64,000 nt of DNA from Planctomycetota bacterium (GCA_003389215.1 QQVP01000045.1:4535-68534), one strand, 5' to 3'. Positions 41,384 through 57,225 are shown, counted from the stretch's first letter. Translations and numbers: made by a program. Notes: a model not told the origin generated them from the letters alone.

Positions 41384-43207
41384 ATGAAACGGATCGTGCC
41401 GTCCCACAACTCGCTACTGTTGCTCAGGCGGACCTTGTTGCTGGCCGCCCTGTTCTGCGGCATCGGCTTCACGCTGCCGGCGCTTGCCCAGGAGCCGCGA
41501 ACCCTGGCTCCCGAGCCGTCGCCCGGCCAGGCCGATTTAGATGCGGCCACCAAGCTGAAGTTGCGCGCAGCGCGGGTGCAGGACCTCGCCAACGTGATCG
41601 AACTGGCTGAGTCGGCCCTCGAGGCGGGACTCGTCGAGGAGGATGCCGCCTGGGCCAAGACCTTGATCTCGGCGACGCGGCACGAGCGGGCGACCCTGCT
41701 CAGCTCACCGGTTCTCGATCAGCAGCCGCCCGATCCGAGATGGCAACAGTATCGCCGTCTCGCCCTGGCCGACCTGGTCGAAGCGATCAAGTACGATCCC
41801 GACAATCCTGAACTGCACCTGTTGCAGGCGCGGCTCTACGCGCTGCCCGGCGCCGACGGCGATCGTGAGAAGGCGCTGGCGGCTTATCAACGAGCGATCG
41901 ACACCAGCGGCGGCGACGATACGACGAAGTCGAAAGCCTACGCCTATCGGGCCGCCATTCGCGAAGACCCTGCTCAGCGGGCCGCCGATCTCGACGCCTC
42001 GATCGAGCTCGACCCCTCGAATCTCGAAGCGGTGAACGCACGGGCGATGGCCTGGCTCGAGGCGGGCGACTACGAGCGAGCCGTGCCCGACCTGCAGAAG
42101 ATCATCACGCTGGAGCCCGACAACCCGCAGCACTACATCACCAAGGCGATGGTGCTGGCAATGCTCGAACGCGTCGACGAATCGCTCGCCGAACTGAACA
42201 GAGCGGCCGAGCTGGCTCCCGACGATCCGGCCGTTTACGCGCAGCGGGCCCGCCTCTATCTGTTGTCGAATCAATTCGACAAGGCGCTCGAGGACGGCAA
42301 CCGGGCGCTCTCGCTCAATCCCCGCAATCCGGGCGTCCAGTTGACGCACGCGCGGGTGCTTCAGGCGACGGGGGATACCAAGGCCGCCCTCAAGCTGGTT
42401 TCCCGCGTGCTGGCGTTTCAGCCGAGCATGAAGGCGGCAATTGAGCTGCGGGCACAGTTGCTCGTCGAGCTCGGTCGCTTCGACGAGGCGATTTCCGGCG
42501 TGGAGCGTGCCGTGCGGGGCGATCCCGACAGTCGCGAGATGTTGACGCTGCTCGGCACGCTGTACCTGGCCAATGAAGATTCAGAAAAGGCGATCGGCGT
42601 TTTCGATCAGTTGCTCGACAATGGGCTGGAGAACGCCCGCATCTATCGACATCGAGGCGATGCCCTGTTGAGTCTGGCCCGGCAGAGCGAGGCCCTGGCC
42701 GATTACGAAAAGGCCCGGCAGCTCCAGCCGCAGGACCCCGGCATTCTCAACAACATGGCCTGGCTGATGGCCACCTCGCCCGACGAGCAACTCCGCAACG
42801 GTTCGCGGGCCATCGAATTGGCCGAGGAAGCCTGCCGGATCACCGAGTATAAGGAGGCCTACATTCTCAGCACGCTGGCCGCCGCCCACGCCGAATCGGG
42901 AGACTTCGACGAGGCGGTCAAATGGGCCGAGAAGGCCGTCGAGCTGGGCGAGGGCGAAGTGACCGATCAGCTGAAGGCGGAACTGGAGAGCTATCGCCGG
43001 CGTGAGCCTTGGCGGGAGGTGCAGGGGGGCAGCGAAGAAGACGGGCCCGCGGGCGACGAACCTCAGGCCGGCGAGGCCCCGGGCGCGGAGGCGGAAGAGG
43101 CGACGGAGTCCGAGGAGTCGACGGACTTCGATGACGACGAGAGCCCGGCCGATCCGCAGGAGCAAGACTCCGCGGAAGAAGAGAGCGACGAGCGTCCCTC
43201 GCTCTAG
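41384..43207 (+). CDS. Secreted TPR-repeat protein with an acidic C-terminal tail
   Basis: Signal peptide MKRIVPSHNSLLLLRRTLLLAALFCGIGFTLPALAQ. Many 34-aa TPR-like units (A..Y..A..LDP.N). C-terminal Glu/Asp/Ser-rich tail. Confidence 0.85.
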   Translation: MKRIVPSHNSLLLLRRTLLLAALFCGIGFTLPALAQEPRTLAPEPSPGQADLDAATKLKLRAARVQDLANVIELAESALEAGLVEEDAAWAKTLISATRHERATLLSSPVLDQQPPDPRWQQYRRLALADLVEAIKYDPDNPELHLLQARLYALPGADGDREKALAAYQRAIDTSGGDDTTKSKAYAYRAAIREDPAQRAADLDASIELDPSNLEAVNARAMAWLEAGDYERAVPDLQKIITLEPDNPQHYITKAMVLAMLERVDESLAELNRAAELAPDDPAVYAQRARLYLLSNQFDKALEDGNRALSLNPRNPGVQLTHARVLQATGDTKAALKLVSRVLAFQPSMKAAIELRAQLLVELGRFDEAISGVERAVRGDPDSREMLTLLGTLYLANEDSEKAIGVFDQLLDNGLENARIYRHRGDALLSLARQSEALADYEKARQLQPQDPGILNNMAWLMATSPDEQLRNGSRAIELAEEACRITEYKEAYILSTLAAAHAESGDFDEAVKWAEKAVELGEGEVTDQLKAELESYRRREPWREVQGGSEEDGPAGDEPQAGEAPGAEAEEATESEESTDFDDDESPADPQEQDSAEEESDERPSL

Positions 43208-43315
43208 GCGGCGATACCGCGAGGCGATTCTACGGGCCAGTTCTCTGCGGGGGCGCTTCTGTAGAGCGAGCCGACCGAAGCGAATCGTTCCGCGGGCGCT
43301 GCGGGCGTCGCGTTG

Positions 43316-45043
43316 CTACTGTGCCGTCGCCGGACCGCCGACTTCGGCCGCCAGCTCGGCTACCCCGCGACGATCGCAAAAGTCGCCGAACTGCTCGCCC
43401 TCGTGACGCTGCTCCTTGAAGAGCTCGAACAGGGCCACCAGCGTGCTGACGACCTCTTCTGCAGGAACGACGTCCTGAAAGACCGTGTTCAAGCGATCGC
43501 CCTGGGTGCGGCCCCCCAGCAAGATCGTGTACTTGCCCAGTGTCTTGCCGACCAGGCCGATATCCGAGTTGTAAGGACGCGCGCAGCCGTTCGGGCAGCC
43601 GGTCATGCGAGTTGTAAACACCTCGTCCGCCAGGCCGAGGCGGTCCAGTTCGCGTTCCAGCTTGTCCATGATGCCGGGCAAGGCCCGTTCGCTTTCGGTG
43701 ACCGCCAGGCCACACGTCGGCATTGCGGGACAGGCCATCGACCAGCGTCGTACCACGCTCAGCTCGTCGTGGAGCGGCACACCGTGACGGCGGAGAATCT
43801 CGTCGATCGTCGACTTCGCCCCCTCCTCCAAATCGGTGAACAGCAAACCCTGATGGGCCGTCAGTCGCAGCGGCGGCGCGAGCTTGCCGCAGATTTCTCG
43901 CAGTGCCGACTTCAGTCGGAAGTCGCCCTCGTCCTTAATGCGGCCATTCTCGACGTTCAGCCCGTAGAACCAACGACCGTCGCCCTGGGAAAACCAACCG
44001 ATGTGATCGTCGTGCCCCTCGACCACGATATCGAGCGGCGTCGCGAGCGACTGGCCGTAGTACTCTTCGACTTTCGCCTTGAAGGCTTCGACTCCCCAAT
44101 TGGCCACCAGGTACTTCAGCCGCGCGACCTTGCGATCGCCTCGATTGCCAAAGTCGCGTTGCACGCCGACGATGGCCGAGACCACATCGATCACCTGCTC
44201 GGGCGTGACGTAAGCGAGCGGCTTGGCCAGCGCGGGAAAGGTCTTCTTCGCGCTTGGCGTGACGCCGAAGCCGCCGCCGACCAGCACGTTGTAGCCAACC
44301 ACCTGGAAATCTTCGCAAACGGCCAACAGGCCCACGTCGTGCGAATAGACGTCGATACAGTTGTCGCCCGGCAGGGCGATGCCGATCTTGAACTTGCGCG
44401 GCAAGTAGACCTTGCCGTAGATCGGCTCGACGTCCTCGCCAGCGGGGCTGCCGTTGACCCGCACCTTCTCCTCGGCCTCGGGGTCTTGGAGCCAAATCTC
44501 GTGATACGCCCGCGTTTGCGGGGCGAGGTGCTCGGCCAGGCGGTCGGTCAGGTCCTGCATCTGCTGATGAACCGGGTCGCCGTTGAACGGCGCGGGACAG
44601 CACATCACATTGCGATTCACATCGCCACAGGCCCCCAGCGTGGTCAGCTCGACCTCGTTGATGCGGCGCATCGTCTCGGCCAGGCTCTTCTTCAGAATGC
44701 CATGCAGCTGCAGGGCCTGACGCGTGGTGATTCGCAAGGTGCCGTTGCCCAGCTCGTCGCACAGGTCGAGCTCGGCCAGCAGCTGCCGGCTGGCGAGCTT
44801 GCCACCGGGAATTTTTGAACGGACCATCAGCGAGTAGGCCTTGCCGCCACCCTGTTCACGCAGCTGCTTGCGGGCGTCGCGGTCGTCCTGCTGATAGGTG
44901 CCGTGGTGTTTGAGGAGTTGGGTGCTGTCCTTGCTGAAGAAGTCGTTTTCGTCGGCGAGCTGTGCGGCGATCTCGCCGCGCAGCTGTCGGCTTTCCGACT
45001 TGATCTTCTCGACGGGACTGAGCTTCTTTTGCTTTTCGCTCAT
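43316..45043 (-). CDS. cysI: Assimilatory sulfite reductase hemoprotein (siroheme/4Fe-4S; NADPH- or ferredoxin-dependent)
   Basis: 575 aa. Cys cluster motifs ACPAMPTCGLA and TGCPNGCARP. Nitrite/sulfite reductase repeats. Confidence 0.9.
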   Translation of the reverse strand: MSEKQKKLSPVEKIKSESRQLRGEIAAQLADENDFFSKDSTQLLKHHGTYQQDDRDARKQLREQGGGKAYSLMVRSKIPGGKLASRQLLAELDLCDELGNGTLRITTRQALQLHGILKKSLAETMRRINEVELTTLGACGDVNRNVMCCPAPFNGDPVHQQMQDLTDRLAEHLAPQTRAYHEIWLQDPEAEEKVRVNGSPAGEDVEPIYGKVYLPRKFKIGIALPGDNCIDVYSHDVGLLAVCEDFQVVGYNVLVGGGFGVTPSAKKTFPALAKPLAYVTPEQVIDVVSAIVGVQRDFGNRGDRKVARLKYLVANWGVEAFKAKVEEYYGQSLATPLDIVVEGHDDHIGWFSQGDGRWFYGLNVENGRIKDEGDFRLKSALREICGKLAPPLRLTAHQGLLFTDLEEGAKSTIDEILRRHGVPLHDELSVVRRWSMACPAMPTCGLAVTESERALPGIMDKLERELDRLGLADEVFTTRMTGCPNGCARPYNSDIGLVGKTLGKYTILLGGRTQGDRLNTVFQDVVPAEEVVSTLVALFELFKEQRHEGEQFGDFCDRRGVAELAAEVGGPATAQ

Positions 45044-45233
45044 GGCTTCAATGCGGTGGCGATAGGAAAGAAACGAGACACTCGGCGGCCGGCCAAAGAT
45101 AGGGACCCCACACTGCGCGATGTTGGCCGGGGGCCACGCGGGGTGCGAAATGCGACAAACGGGGCGAGGTGCGCAGCTTTCTTATGCCCACTCAGGAGTA
45201 TAGCGTTGGTCGTAAAAAGCTGCCATAGCTCTC

Positions 45234-45239
45234 TATTTT
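45234..45239 (+). promoter_or_regulatory. -10-like box TATTTT, 6 nt upstream of ATG 45246 (leaderless candidate)
   Basis: ctcTATTTTgacagcATG. Confidence 0.2.
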
Positions 45240-45245
45240 GACAGC

Positions 45246-45854
45246 ATGGGCTTGCCCAGCGGGATCGTTGTGGCGGCCCGACCGGTTAGCTACGGTGTGG
45301 CTATGAATGAACCGGTCGAAGCCGAATCGACATCTTCGCCAGCGGGCAGCGGTGCGCGACGATTCGACCCGATCCTCTTCATCGCCACCGGGGCGGGATT
45401 TGGCTATTCGCCTTTCGCCTCGGGAACGGTCGGCGCGGTGTGGGGCCTGCCGCTAGCGTGGCTCGTCGCGCAGCTCGAAGTCTGGATCGAACCGCGCGGG
45501 CTGAGTCTTGGCATTCAGCTAGCCGTCATCGCGGCGGCCATTCTGATTGGCATTCCCGTCGCCTCCGCCGCGGCGCGTCGCCTGGGTGGCGCGAAGGATC
45601 CCGGCGCGATCGTATGGGACGAGATTGCCAGCATGCTGCTGGTGTTCCTGTTCGTGCCGGTGGCCGAGATGTCTTCGCCGCTGATCTTAGGAATCGGTTT
45701 CGTGCTGCACCGCTTTTTCGATGTGGTGAAGCTGCCGCCGTGTCGGCAGCTGGAACGGCTCCCCAACGGCTTGGGCATCATGGCCGATGATGTGGTGGCG
45801 GCGCTCTATGCTTGCGTGGTGCTGCACGCGGTGCGCTGGCTGTGGCTGGGATAG
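45246..45854 (+). CDS. pgpA: Phosphatidylglycerophosphatase A
   Basis: GFGYSPFASGTVGAVWGLPLAW and VWDEIASM motifs. An alternative ATG lies at 45303. Confidence 0.85.
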   Translation: MGLPSGIVVAARPVSYGVAMNEPVEAESTSSPAGSGARRFDPILFIATGAGFGYSPFASGTVGAVWGLPLAWLVAQLEVWIEPRGLSLGIQLAVIAAAILIGIPVASAAARRLGGAKDPGAIVWDEIASMLLVFLFVPVAEMSSPLILGIGFVLHRFFDVVKLPPCRQLERLPNGLGIMADDVVAALYACVVLHAVRWLWLG

Positions 45855-45950
45855 CACGGGCCGGATGCGAAGAGCCGCGATTGATGGTATCTTGTTAACC
45901 TCGAAACCGTGCTCCATCGAACCAGATTGTTGTCGCCAGGAGATTGACCC

Positions 45951-46574
45951 ATGCTTCACCGCACCCTCGTTACCCTGCTGTTGTTGTTCCTGCTGTCCGC
46001 GTCTTTCGTTTCGGCCGACGAAGGCGAGTGGGTGAGTCTCTTCGACGGCAAGTCGCTTGACGGCTGGCGGGCCAGTGAGAACAAGGAATCGTGCAAGGTG
46101 GAAGACGGTGCGATCGTCGTGCACGGGCCCCGCTCGCACCTGTTCTACGTCGGCGACGTCAACAACGGCAGCTTCACGAATTTTGAGTTCAAAGTCGACG
46201 TGAAGACCGATCCCGGCGCCAACTCGGGCGTCTACTTTCACACCAACTATCAAGAGACCGGCTGGCCCAACACCGGGTACGAGACCCAGGTAAACAACAC
46301 GGGCGGCGACGCTTCCAAGACGGGCGGACTCTACGCCGTTCAGGACGAGACCGAGGCCCCCGTCGGCGACGGCGAGTGGTTCAACCTGCACATCACAGTG
46401 AAGGGCAAACATATCGTGGTGAAGGTCAACGGCGAGACGGTTTCCGACTACACGGAACCGGACGATCTCGATCGGCCCAGCCGTCAGCTTTCCAGCGGCA
46501 CCTTTGCCTTTCAGGCGCACGACCCCAACAGTCGCGTGGCCTATAAGAACGTGATGGTGAAGGTGTTGCCGTGA
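45951..46574 (+). CDS. DUF1080 (3-keto-disaccharide hydrolase-like) secreted protein
   Basis: Signal peptide, then WVSLFDGKSLDGWR...NSGVYFH...FAFQAHDPNSRVAYKNVMVK. AGGAG Shine-Dalgarno upstream. Confidence 0.85.
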   Translation: MLHRTLVTLLLLFLLSASFVSADEGEWVSLFDGKSLDGWRASENKESCKVEDGAIVVHGPRSHLFYVGDVNNGSFTNFEFKVDVKTDPGANSGVYFHTNYQETGWPNTGYETQVNNTGGDASKTGGLYAVQDETEAPVGDGEWFNLHITVKGKHIVVKVNGETVSDYTEPDDLDRPSRQLSSGTFAFQAHDPNSRVAYKNVMVKVLP

Positions 46575-47431
46575 CCGCGCGGATCCTCGACGGCAAGGCG
46601 CTCGCCGCAACGATCAGGGAAGAAATTCGTGACGAGGTCAGCCGCTTCGTCGAGCAGCGCGGGGTGCAGCCCTGCCTGGCCGCGGTGCTGGTCGGCGAAG
46701 ACCCGGCCAGTCAGGTCTACGTTCGCAATAAGCAGCGGGCCTGTGAGCGGGCGGGCATCGCCAGTCAGCTTCATCGCCTCGCGGAGACGTGCGGCGAAGA
46801 CGAACTCCTGCAGCTGGTCGCCGACATGAACGCCGACCCGGCCGTTCACGGCATGCTCGTGCAGCTTCCTCTGCCGGCGCAGATCCGGGCCGAGAAGGTC
46901 CTGGTGGCGGTCGACCCGGCGAAGGACGTCGACGCCTTTCATCCCGAGAACGTCGGTCGACTCGTGCAGGGTCGACCCCGCTTCCTACCCTGCACTCCGC
47001 ATGGCGTGCAGCAACTGCTGGTGCGCGAGTCGATCGAAATCGCGGGCGCCCACGTAGTGATCGTGGGACGAAGCGACATCGTGGGCAAGCCGCTCGCGAA
47101 CATGCTCGTGCAGCGCGGCGCCGGGGGCGACGCCACGGTGACGCTTTGCCATTCGCGCACCCGAGAGCTGGCCGACGTTACCCGCTCTGCCGATATTCTG
47201 ATCGCCGCGATCGGCCGGGCCCGCTTCATCACGGCCGACATGATCAAGCCGGGCGCCACGGTGATCGACGTCGGCATCAATCGCACCGACGACGGCCTGG
47301 TGGGCGATGTCGACTTCGAGGCGGCACTCGCGGTGGCGGGCGCAATTACGCCGGTGCCGGGCGGTGTCGGACCGCTGACCATCGCCATGCTGCTGCACAA
47401 TACGCTTGCCGCGGCGGGCGCGTTGATCTGA
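46571..47431 (+). CDS. folD: Bifunctional methylenetetrahydrofolate dehydrogenase/cyclohydrolase FolD
   Basis: ILDGKALA..., GRSDIVGKPLANML, PVPGGVGPLTIAMLL. The GTG start overlaps the DUF1080 stop (GTGA). Confidence 0.93.
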   Translation: MTARILDGKALAATIREEIRDEVSRFVEQRGVQPCLAAVLVGEDPASQVYVRNKQRACERAGIASQLHRLAETCGEDELLQLVADMNADPAVHGMLVQLPLPAQIRAEKVLVAVDPAKDVDAFHPENVGRLVQGRPRFLPCTPHGVQQLLVRESIEIAGAHVVIVGRSDIVGKPLANMLVQRGAGGDATVTLCHSRTRELADVTRSADILIAAIGRARFITADMIKPGATVIDVGINRTDDGLVGDVDFEAALAVAGAITPVPGGVGPLTIAMLLHNTLAAAGALI

Positions 47432-48083
47432 TACGACGCGAACGCGGTAGGGTCGCTCGAGCCGAAGAGAATAGGCGACGCGAGAGCGTGCTCAAGACGC
47501 GCTCTAGCAGCGCGGAGCGGTCATCAGGTCGAGCGTGAGTAGGGCCGCTACCAGCGACACCAATACAAATAGAAACGGCATGATGACCTTACTTTTGCTT
47601 CTCTGCGTTCTTGGCAGCGACGAACCTGACAACAAAAGACGTGTTATCAGATTCCTCAGCCCCGGCAAACGGCACTTCGACGCGCCAATTCTCACGTGGG
47701 CCAAATGATCTGTTGCCGCCGACCGGCCGATCCGTCACCAGCTTTTTTTCTGAGGCCGGCTCGCGGACGCTCTAATCGCCCATGATGTTTGCACTTATCG
47801 TGTCCCGCGCGACGGCGTTCGGGCAGCGATGGGGCCAGAATAGCGACTCCAGCGTCGGGTGGCTAACCCCCTGCCTCACAAAGTAGGGGTCCGCGGTGGC
47901 AATTGGCAGCTTATCGGACAACGCGGACTACCGACTCGCACAATTCTTGGCCAACCGGTAAGAAAGTCGGCTGGCCGACCCGAAAGCGCGCCAGCATTGC
48001 TAGCAAACTTCTGGTGCCGGAGCACGCATGCTTTGGGCCGCGGCGTGGCGAGAGGCCTTCGGGTGAAAGATGCCTTGAACGCG

Positions 48084-49553
48084 CTAGCCCGGCGCGGGCA
48101 AGGAGCTGACGCCCATCAGATACTGATCGACCGCCCGGGCCACGCCGCGGCCTTCGTTGATGGCCCACACCACCAGGCTTTGTCCCCGACGACAATCGCC
48201 GGCGGCGAAGACGCCTTCGAGACTGGTGGCAAACCGGCCATGCTCGGCCTGATAGTTGCCGCGGCCGTCGAGCTCGACGTCGAGGCCGTCAAGAATGTAC
48301 TGCTCCGGGCCCAGAAAGCCCATTGCCAGCAGCACCAGGTCCGCCTTCCATTCCCGCTCCGAGCCCTCGATCTCGACCGGCTGGAAGCGACCGTTGTCCT
48401 TGACCCAGTCGACCTGCACGGTGCGGATGCCAGCCACCTTGCCGTTACCGTCGTCGAGAAATTCCTTGCTCATCACGCAATACGACCGCGGGTCATCGCC
48501 GAACTTGGCGGCGACTTCCTCGTGCCCGTAGTCGACGCGATAGATCCGCGGCCACTGCGGCCAGGGATTGTCGGGAGCGCGATTCTCCGGCGGCTGGGGC
48601 AGCAGCTCGAAGTTCACCAGGCTCGCACAGCCGTGACGCATCGAGGTGCCGATACAGTCGGTGCCGGTGTCGCCGCCGCCGATCACGATCACGTCCTTGC
48701 CCGCGGCCGAGATGTACTCGCCGTCTTCGTGATTCGAATCGAGCAGGCTCTTCGTGTTGGCGGTCAAGAACTCCATGGCGAAGTGAATGCCGGACAGCTC
48801 GCGACCCGGAATGGGCAGGTCGCGAGGCTTGGTCGCCCCGGTCGCCAGCACCAGGGCGTCGAAATCGTCGAGCAGCGATTGCGGACTCACGTTGCGTCCC
48901 ACGTCGGCACCGGTGACGAACTTCACGCCCTCGGCCCGCATCACATCGAGCCGTCGCTCGACGACGTCCTTGCCGAGCTTCATGTTGGGAATGCCGTACG
49001 TGAGCAGGCCGCCAATCCGGTCGGCCCGTTCGTAGACGGTGACCTCGTGACCGACGCTGTTCAGCTGCGCGGCGGCGGCCAGTCCCGCCGGACCGGAGCC
49101 GACGATGGCGACGCGCTTGCCGGTGCGTTTCTGCGGCACGTTGGGCGTCACCCAGCCTTCGGCGAAACCGCGATCGATGATCGCGTTCTCGATGTTCTTG
49201 ATTGTCACGGGCGGATCGGTGATGCCGAGCACGCAGGCCCCTTCGCAGGGAGCCGGGCAGGTACGGCCCGTGAACTCGGGAAAGTTGTTCGTCTTGTGCA
49301 GGCGATCGAGCGCCTCGCGCCAGCGACCTTGATAAACCAGGTCGTTCCACTCGGGAATCAGGTTGTCGATCGGACAGCCCGTGGCCGACTGGCAAAACGG
49401 CACGCCGCAATCCATACAGCGGGCGCCCTGTGTGGCCAGCTTCTCCTCGACCGGTTGGCGAAAGATCTCCTGATAATCGCCGAGCCGTTCGAGCGGATCG
49501 CGATAGCCCACAACCATTCGCTCGAATTCTTTGAAACCTGTCGGTTTTCCCAT
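48084..49553 (-). CDS. gltD: Glutamate synthase small subunit (NADPH)
   Basis: [12 protein letters not shown]..., Fe-S Cys cluster [11 protein letters not shown], dinucleotide fold [17 protein letters not shown] at 49553 (the track start 49559 is TTG). Confidence 0.95.
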   Translation of the reverse strand: MGKPTGFKEFERMVVGYRDPLERLGDYQEIFRQPVEEKLATQGARCMDCGVPFCQSATGCPIDNLIPEWNDLVYQGRWREALDRLHKTNNFPEFTGRTCPAPCEGACVLGITDPPVTIKNIENAIIDRGFAEGWVTPNVPQKRTGKRVAIVGSGPAGLAAAAQLNSVGHEVTVYERADRIGGLLTYGIPNMKLGKDVVERRLDVMRAEGVKFVTGADVGRNVSPQSLLDDFDALVLATGATKPRDLPIPGRELSGIHFAMEFLTANTKSLLDSNHEDGEYISAAGKDVIVIGGGDTGTDCIGTSMRHGCASLVNFELLPQPPENRAPDNPWPQWPRIYRVDYGHEEVAAKFGDDPRSYCVMSKEFLDDGNGKVAGIRTVQVDWVKDNGRFQPVEIEGSEREWKADLVLLAMGFLGPEQYILDGLDVELDGRGNYQAEHGRFATSLEGVFAAGDCRRGQSLVVWAINEGRGVARAVDQYLMGVSSLPAPG

Positions 49554-49583
49554 CGACAACGCTCTCCTGAATTGGCCCGTTTG

Positions 49584-54224
<4,641 letters not shown>

Positions 54225-54262
54225 TTCTGCCGCCGCCTGCGGCACAGTCTTGGTTTCGACGC

Positions 54263-55252
54263 CTACCAGTTGGCCCGTAGGGCCTCCGCGAGTGGCTCGG
54301 CGGGGGTCTCCGCGAGCATCGCGCCCGCAGGCGAGACCTCGGTCCGCGCGAGCTCTTGCGGGACCTCCCGAGTGCGGAGCAGCTCGATGAATCGCCGCAC
54401 CGTCGCGCTCAACTCTTTGCCGCGTCGATGCACGATGCCGAGCGGCCGCGTCACTTCGTCTACCTCATCGCTGATCAGACGCACGGCTGCCAGACTGCCG
54501 CCGGCGACTTCACGCTGCACGGTCGGCAGTGGCAAGATCGCCACACCCGCACCGATCTCGACCGCCCGCTTGATTGTTTCGATGTTGTCGAACTCCATCA
54601 CGGTTTCGACATCGACCTGATGGGACGCGAGCATCCGATCGATCTCGCGTCGAATGGTCAGATCGCGATCGAACCCGACCAGTCGCTCGTCATCGAGCAT
54701 CTCGATCTTCACCGACTCGACCATGGCGAGCGGATGCGCGGGAGCGGCGACCAGGACCATCGGCTCTTCACGCCACTCGACGCAATCGATCGAACGCGAC
54801 GACTTGGGATAGCTGACCAGACCGACGTCGGCCTGATCGGTCTTCACCGCTTCGTAAACCCGCTGCGGATGCAAGTACTCCAGGCGGACGTTGGCTTTGG
54901 GGTATTGCGCCAGGAAGTCCTGCAGGTAGCGATCCATCAGGTGCAGGCCGACCGAATAGATCGACGCAACGCGCACCCGGCCCGCCACCTCGGCGTGCAG
55001 CGTGCGGACCTGTTCCTCGAGCGCCGCGTACCGCTCGACCAACCGGCGGCAGCCCTCGTAATAGACTTCACCTTCCTGGGTGAGCAGGAACGGCCGCTTG
55101 GAGCGGTCGAACAGCTTCACGCCGAGCCGTTCTTCGAGTTGGTGGATCACCTGCGAGGCGCCCGACTGGGAAATGCCGTTCTCCACCGCCGCCCGCGAAA
55201 AGCTTCGCTGGTTGACGACGTCGCAGAAGATTTTCAGAGACTTCAGTTGCAT
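54263..55252 (-). CDS. LysR-family transcriptional regulator
   Basis: N-terminal w[37 protein letters not shown] and a C-terminal substrate-binding domain. It ends 17-38 nt upstream of gltB on the same strand. Confidence 0.9.
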   Translation of the reverse strand: MQLKSLKIFCDVVNQRSFSRAAVENGISQSGASQVIHQLEERLGVKLFDRSKRPFLLTQEGEVYYEGCRRLVERYAALEEQVRTLHAEVAGRVRVASIYSVGLHLMDRYLQDFLAQYPKANVRLEYLHPQRVYEAVKTDQADVGLVSYPKSSRSIDCVEWREEPMVLVAAPAHPLAMVESVKIEMLDDERLVGFDRDLTIRREIDRMLASHQVDVETVMEFDNIETIKRAVEIGAGVAILPLPTVQREVAGGSLAAVRLISDEVDEVTRPLGIVHRRGKELSATVRRFIELLRTREVPQELARTEVSPAGAMLAETPAEPLAEALRANW

Positions 55253-55745
55253 CGGATTCGCCAGCGAGGCAGGTTTTCGGAGGGTGCAGGTCTCGGAGGG
55301 TCACGTCGCCGTCGCGTCGCAACACGGCCAGTTCACATAGAACGCAGTGGGGGCGATCCCTCGCTCAATCCCGTCGCCGCGCGCGTGCCGCGGGGGCAAG
55401 CTTCGCGAGGCGCAGGCAGCACGGAGCACACCGGAGGGCGAAATCCCAAAAAAGTTGCCGCGTGTCCGCCAAAACGCCGCACCCAGTAGCTTGAAGAATA
55501 CAAATACAGGGTACGCGCAGGATTTGAATTGAGGATAGTAAGATAAGCCCTGCCAGCACTTGCGGTCAAGGACCGCGCAGGGCCGAGAGCCACCAAATGG
55601 GGGCCTTTGCCGCAGGCGCCGGAGGCCTGGGCCGCCGTATAGGTCTAGAGAGGGCCTTATCGGCGTCCACCCGCTCTCGCCGGCAGAGTTGCCGGGATTA
55701 CGGCCCGCCGCGACCGACTGCCAGAATGACACGGCTCGGGCAGAA

Positions 55746-56954
55746 TTACGTCTCGGGCAGCGTCTCGGGCGAATACTCGTGATCGCGGCGGCGAATCACG
55801 GTCGCCTTTTCGATCCGGTCGGGCGTGATCTGACTGGCGAACGGACTCGAAGGATCGCGCTGCTGCAGCTCTGCGAGCACGTCGAGGCCCTCGATCACGC
55901 GGCCAAAGACGGTGTGTTGGCCGTCGAGATGTTGCGTCGGCACGAAGCAGAGAAAGAACTGCGAGCCGCCGGTATTGGGCGCGCTCGTCTTGGCCATGCT
56001 CAGGCTGCCACGAAAATGCTTGCGGTGTTTCGCCTGCCGACACTCGCACTTGATGTTGTAGCCCGGCCCGCCGCCGCCGGTGCCGTCGGGACAACCGCCC
56101 TGGGCCATGAAGCCCGGCAGCACACGGTGAAAGGTCAGCCCGTCGTAGTACTTCTTGTCGACCAGGCTGATCAGGTTGGCGACCGTGTTGGGGGCCTCGT
56201 TCTCGAAGAGCTCGATGATGATGTCGCCCTTGTTGGTTTCGAACTTGACGCGCGGCAGATCGTCGGCGAGTGCCTCGGCCGCGCGATAAGCCTTCTCCTC
56301 CTCCCAGATCTTCTTGTAGTAATCGAGCGACTGGAGATACTGCCGACCCTGCAGCCCCAGCTTGCCCGACTCCGCCGCCGCGTCGAAGAGTCGTTCGGCG
56401 CGGGCATAGTCGTTGGCCATGAAGGCGGCGATGCCGGCGGCTTCGACCGCCTTCGGTGGAGTGGCGTTGTGTTCCGTGAAGAGCCGCCCCAGACGATCGG
56501 CCTCCTCGTAGCGGTCGGCCTGAACCTCGCGCGTCAGGACGTCGGCCAGAAACTCGGCCTGTTTGCTGTCGATCTGCGGGTTGGCCGCGAATTCGCTTTC
56601 GGCGGCGGCCTTCACATCGCCGAGCAACTGGACGAGGGAGTCGACCTTGCTGTCGTGCTCACGGGCAATCTCCATCCGCTCTGCGGCCGAGGCGGCCCCA
56701 AACTTGCGGCGCAGGTCTTCCATTTCGTTGACCGAGCCTTCCAGCCGCTGGTAGAGGGCCTCGAAACTCGTTTCCGCATCGTCCGCCTCCGCGGTTGCCG
56801 AGGCGGGAACCACGCCGTCGCCGACCGGTTGGCTGCCGCCGCCCGGTTGGGCCAGGGCGGGACCGACCATCAACAGGACCGCGCCCGCCGCACAGGCCAA
56901 GGCCATGCCGCAGAGAGGGAAGAGGTAGCCCGAGTACGAATTGAGCAGCCGCAT
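55746..56954 (-). CDS. Secreted cyclophilin-type peptidyl-prolyl cis-trans isomerase with an N-terminal helical domain
   Basis: C-terminal cyclophilin core YYDGLTFHRVLPGFMAQGGCPDGTGGGGPGY...SMAKTSAPNTGGSQFF. Signal peptide MRLLNSYSGYLFPLCGMALACAAGAVLLMVGPALA. Start at ATG 56954. Confidence 0.9.
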   Translation of the reverse strand: MRLLNSYSGYLFPLCGMALACAAGAVLLMVGPALAQPGGGSQPVGDGVVPASATAEADDAETSFEALYQRLEGSVNEMEDLRRKFGAASAAERMEIAREHDSKVDSLVQLLGDVKAAAESEFAANPQIDSKQAEFLADVLTREVQADRYEEADRLGRLFTEHNATPPKAVEAAGIAAFMANDYARAERLFDAAAESGKLGLQGRQYLQSLDYYKKIWEEEKAYRAAEALADDLPRVKFETNKGDIIIELFENEAPNTVANLISLVDKKYYDGLTFHRVLPGFMAQGGCPDGTGGGGPGYNIKCECRQAKHRKHFRGSLSMAKTSAPNTGGSQFFLCFVPTQHLDGQHTVFGRVIEGLDVLAELQQRDPSSPFASQITPDRIEKATVIRRRDHEYSPETLPET

Positions 56955-57225
56955 GATTCTTCTCCTGGTTCCGATTCGAGGGGCTCCGAGTTGTCGTTCG
57001 GAGGCGTCGAGATTGTGGGGGTTGAGGTTGTCGATGTCCGGACCCGTCCGCAGATCGCGCCCGGCCGATCGAGGAGGATCATTGTGAGCACCGCGGTCGG
57101 TGCGCGACAAGAGCGACTTGCATCGCGTAGGGGACGGCGCTAGGCTGGTTTGAGCCGGCGGCTTGCTGGCGCCCGACCCGCCGGGGTCGTGATATTCTAG
57201 GCCCAACGCCGTCGGGCGGGGTTTC

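Noticed and set aside
45044-45200. Possible SAM- or sulfur-responsive riboswitch in the roughly 150-nt leader of the sulfite reductase gene (minus strand, downstream of a TATACT box at 45197-45202)
   Set aside because: I could not recognise any SAM-I, SAM-II or other riboswitch consensus by eye. This remains only a long leader until an Rfam scan says otherwise.
47504-47704. Small minus-strand ORF downstream of gltD, including a possible 25-aa hydrophobic peptide MPFLFVLVSLVAALLTLDLMTAPRC (47504..47581)
   Set aside because: It has only a weak AAGG upstream and no recognisable family, and it is too short to judge codon bias. It may be real, but the sequence alone does not support calling it. 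The GTCGGC-tg-GCCGAC hairpin at 47966-47979 is also too small (2-nt loop) to call as the gltD terminator.
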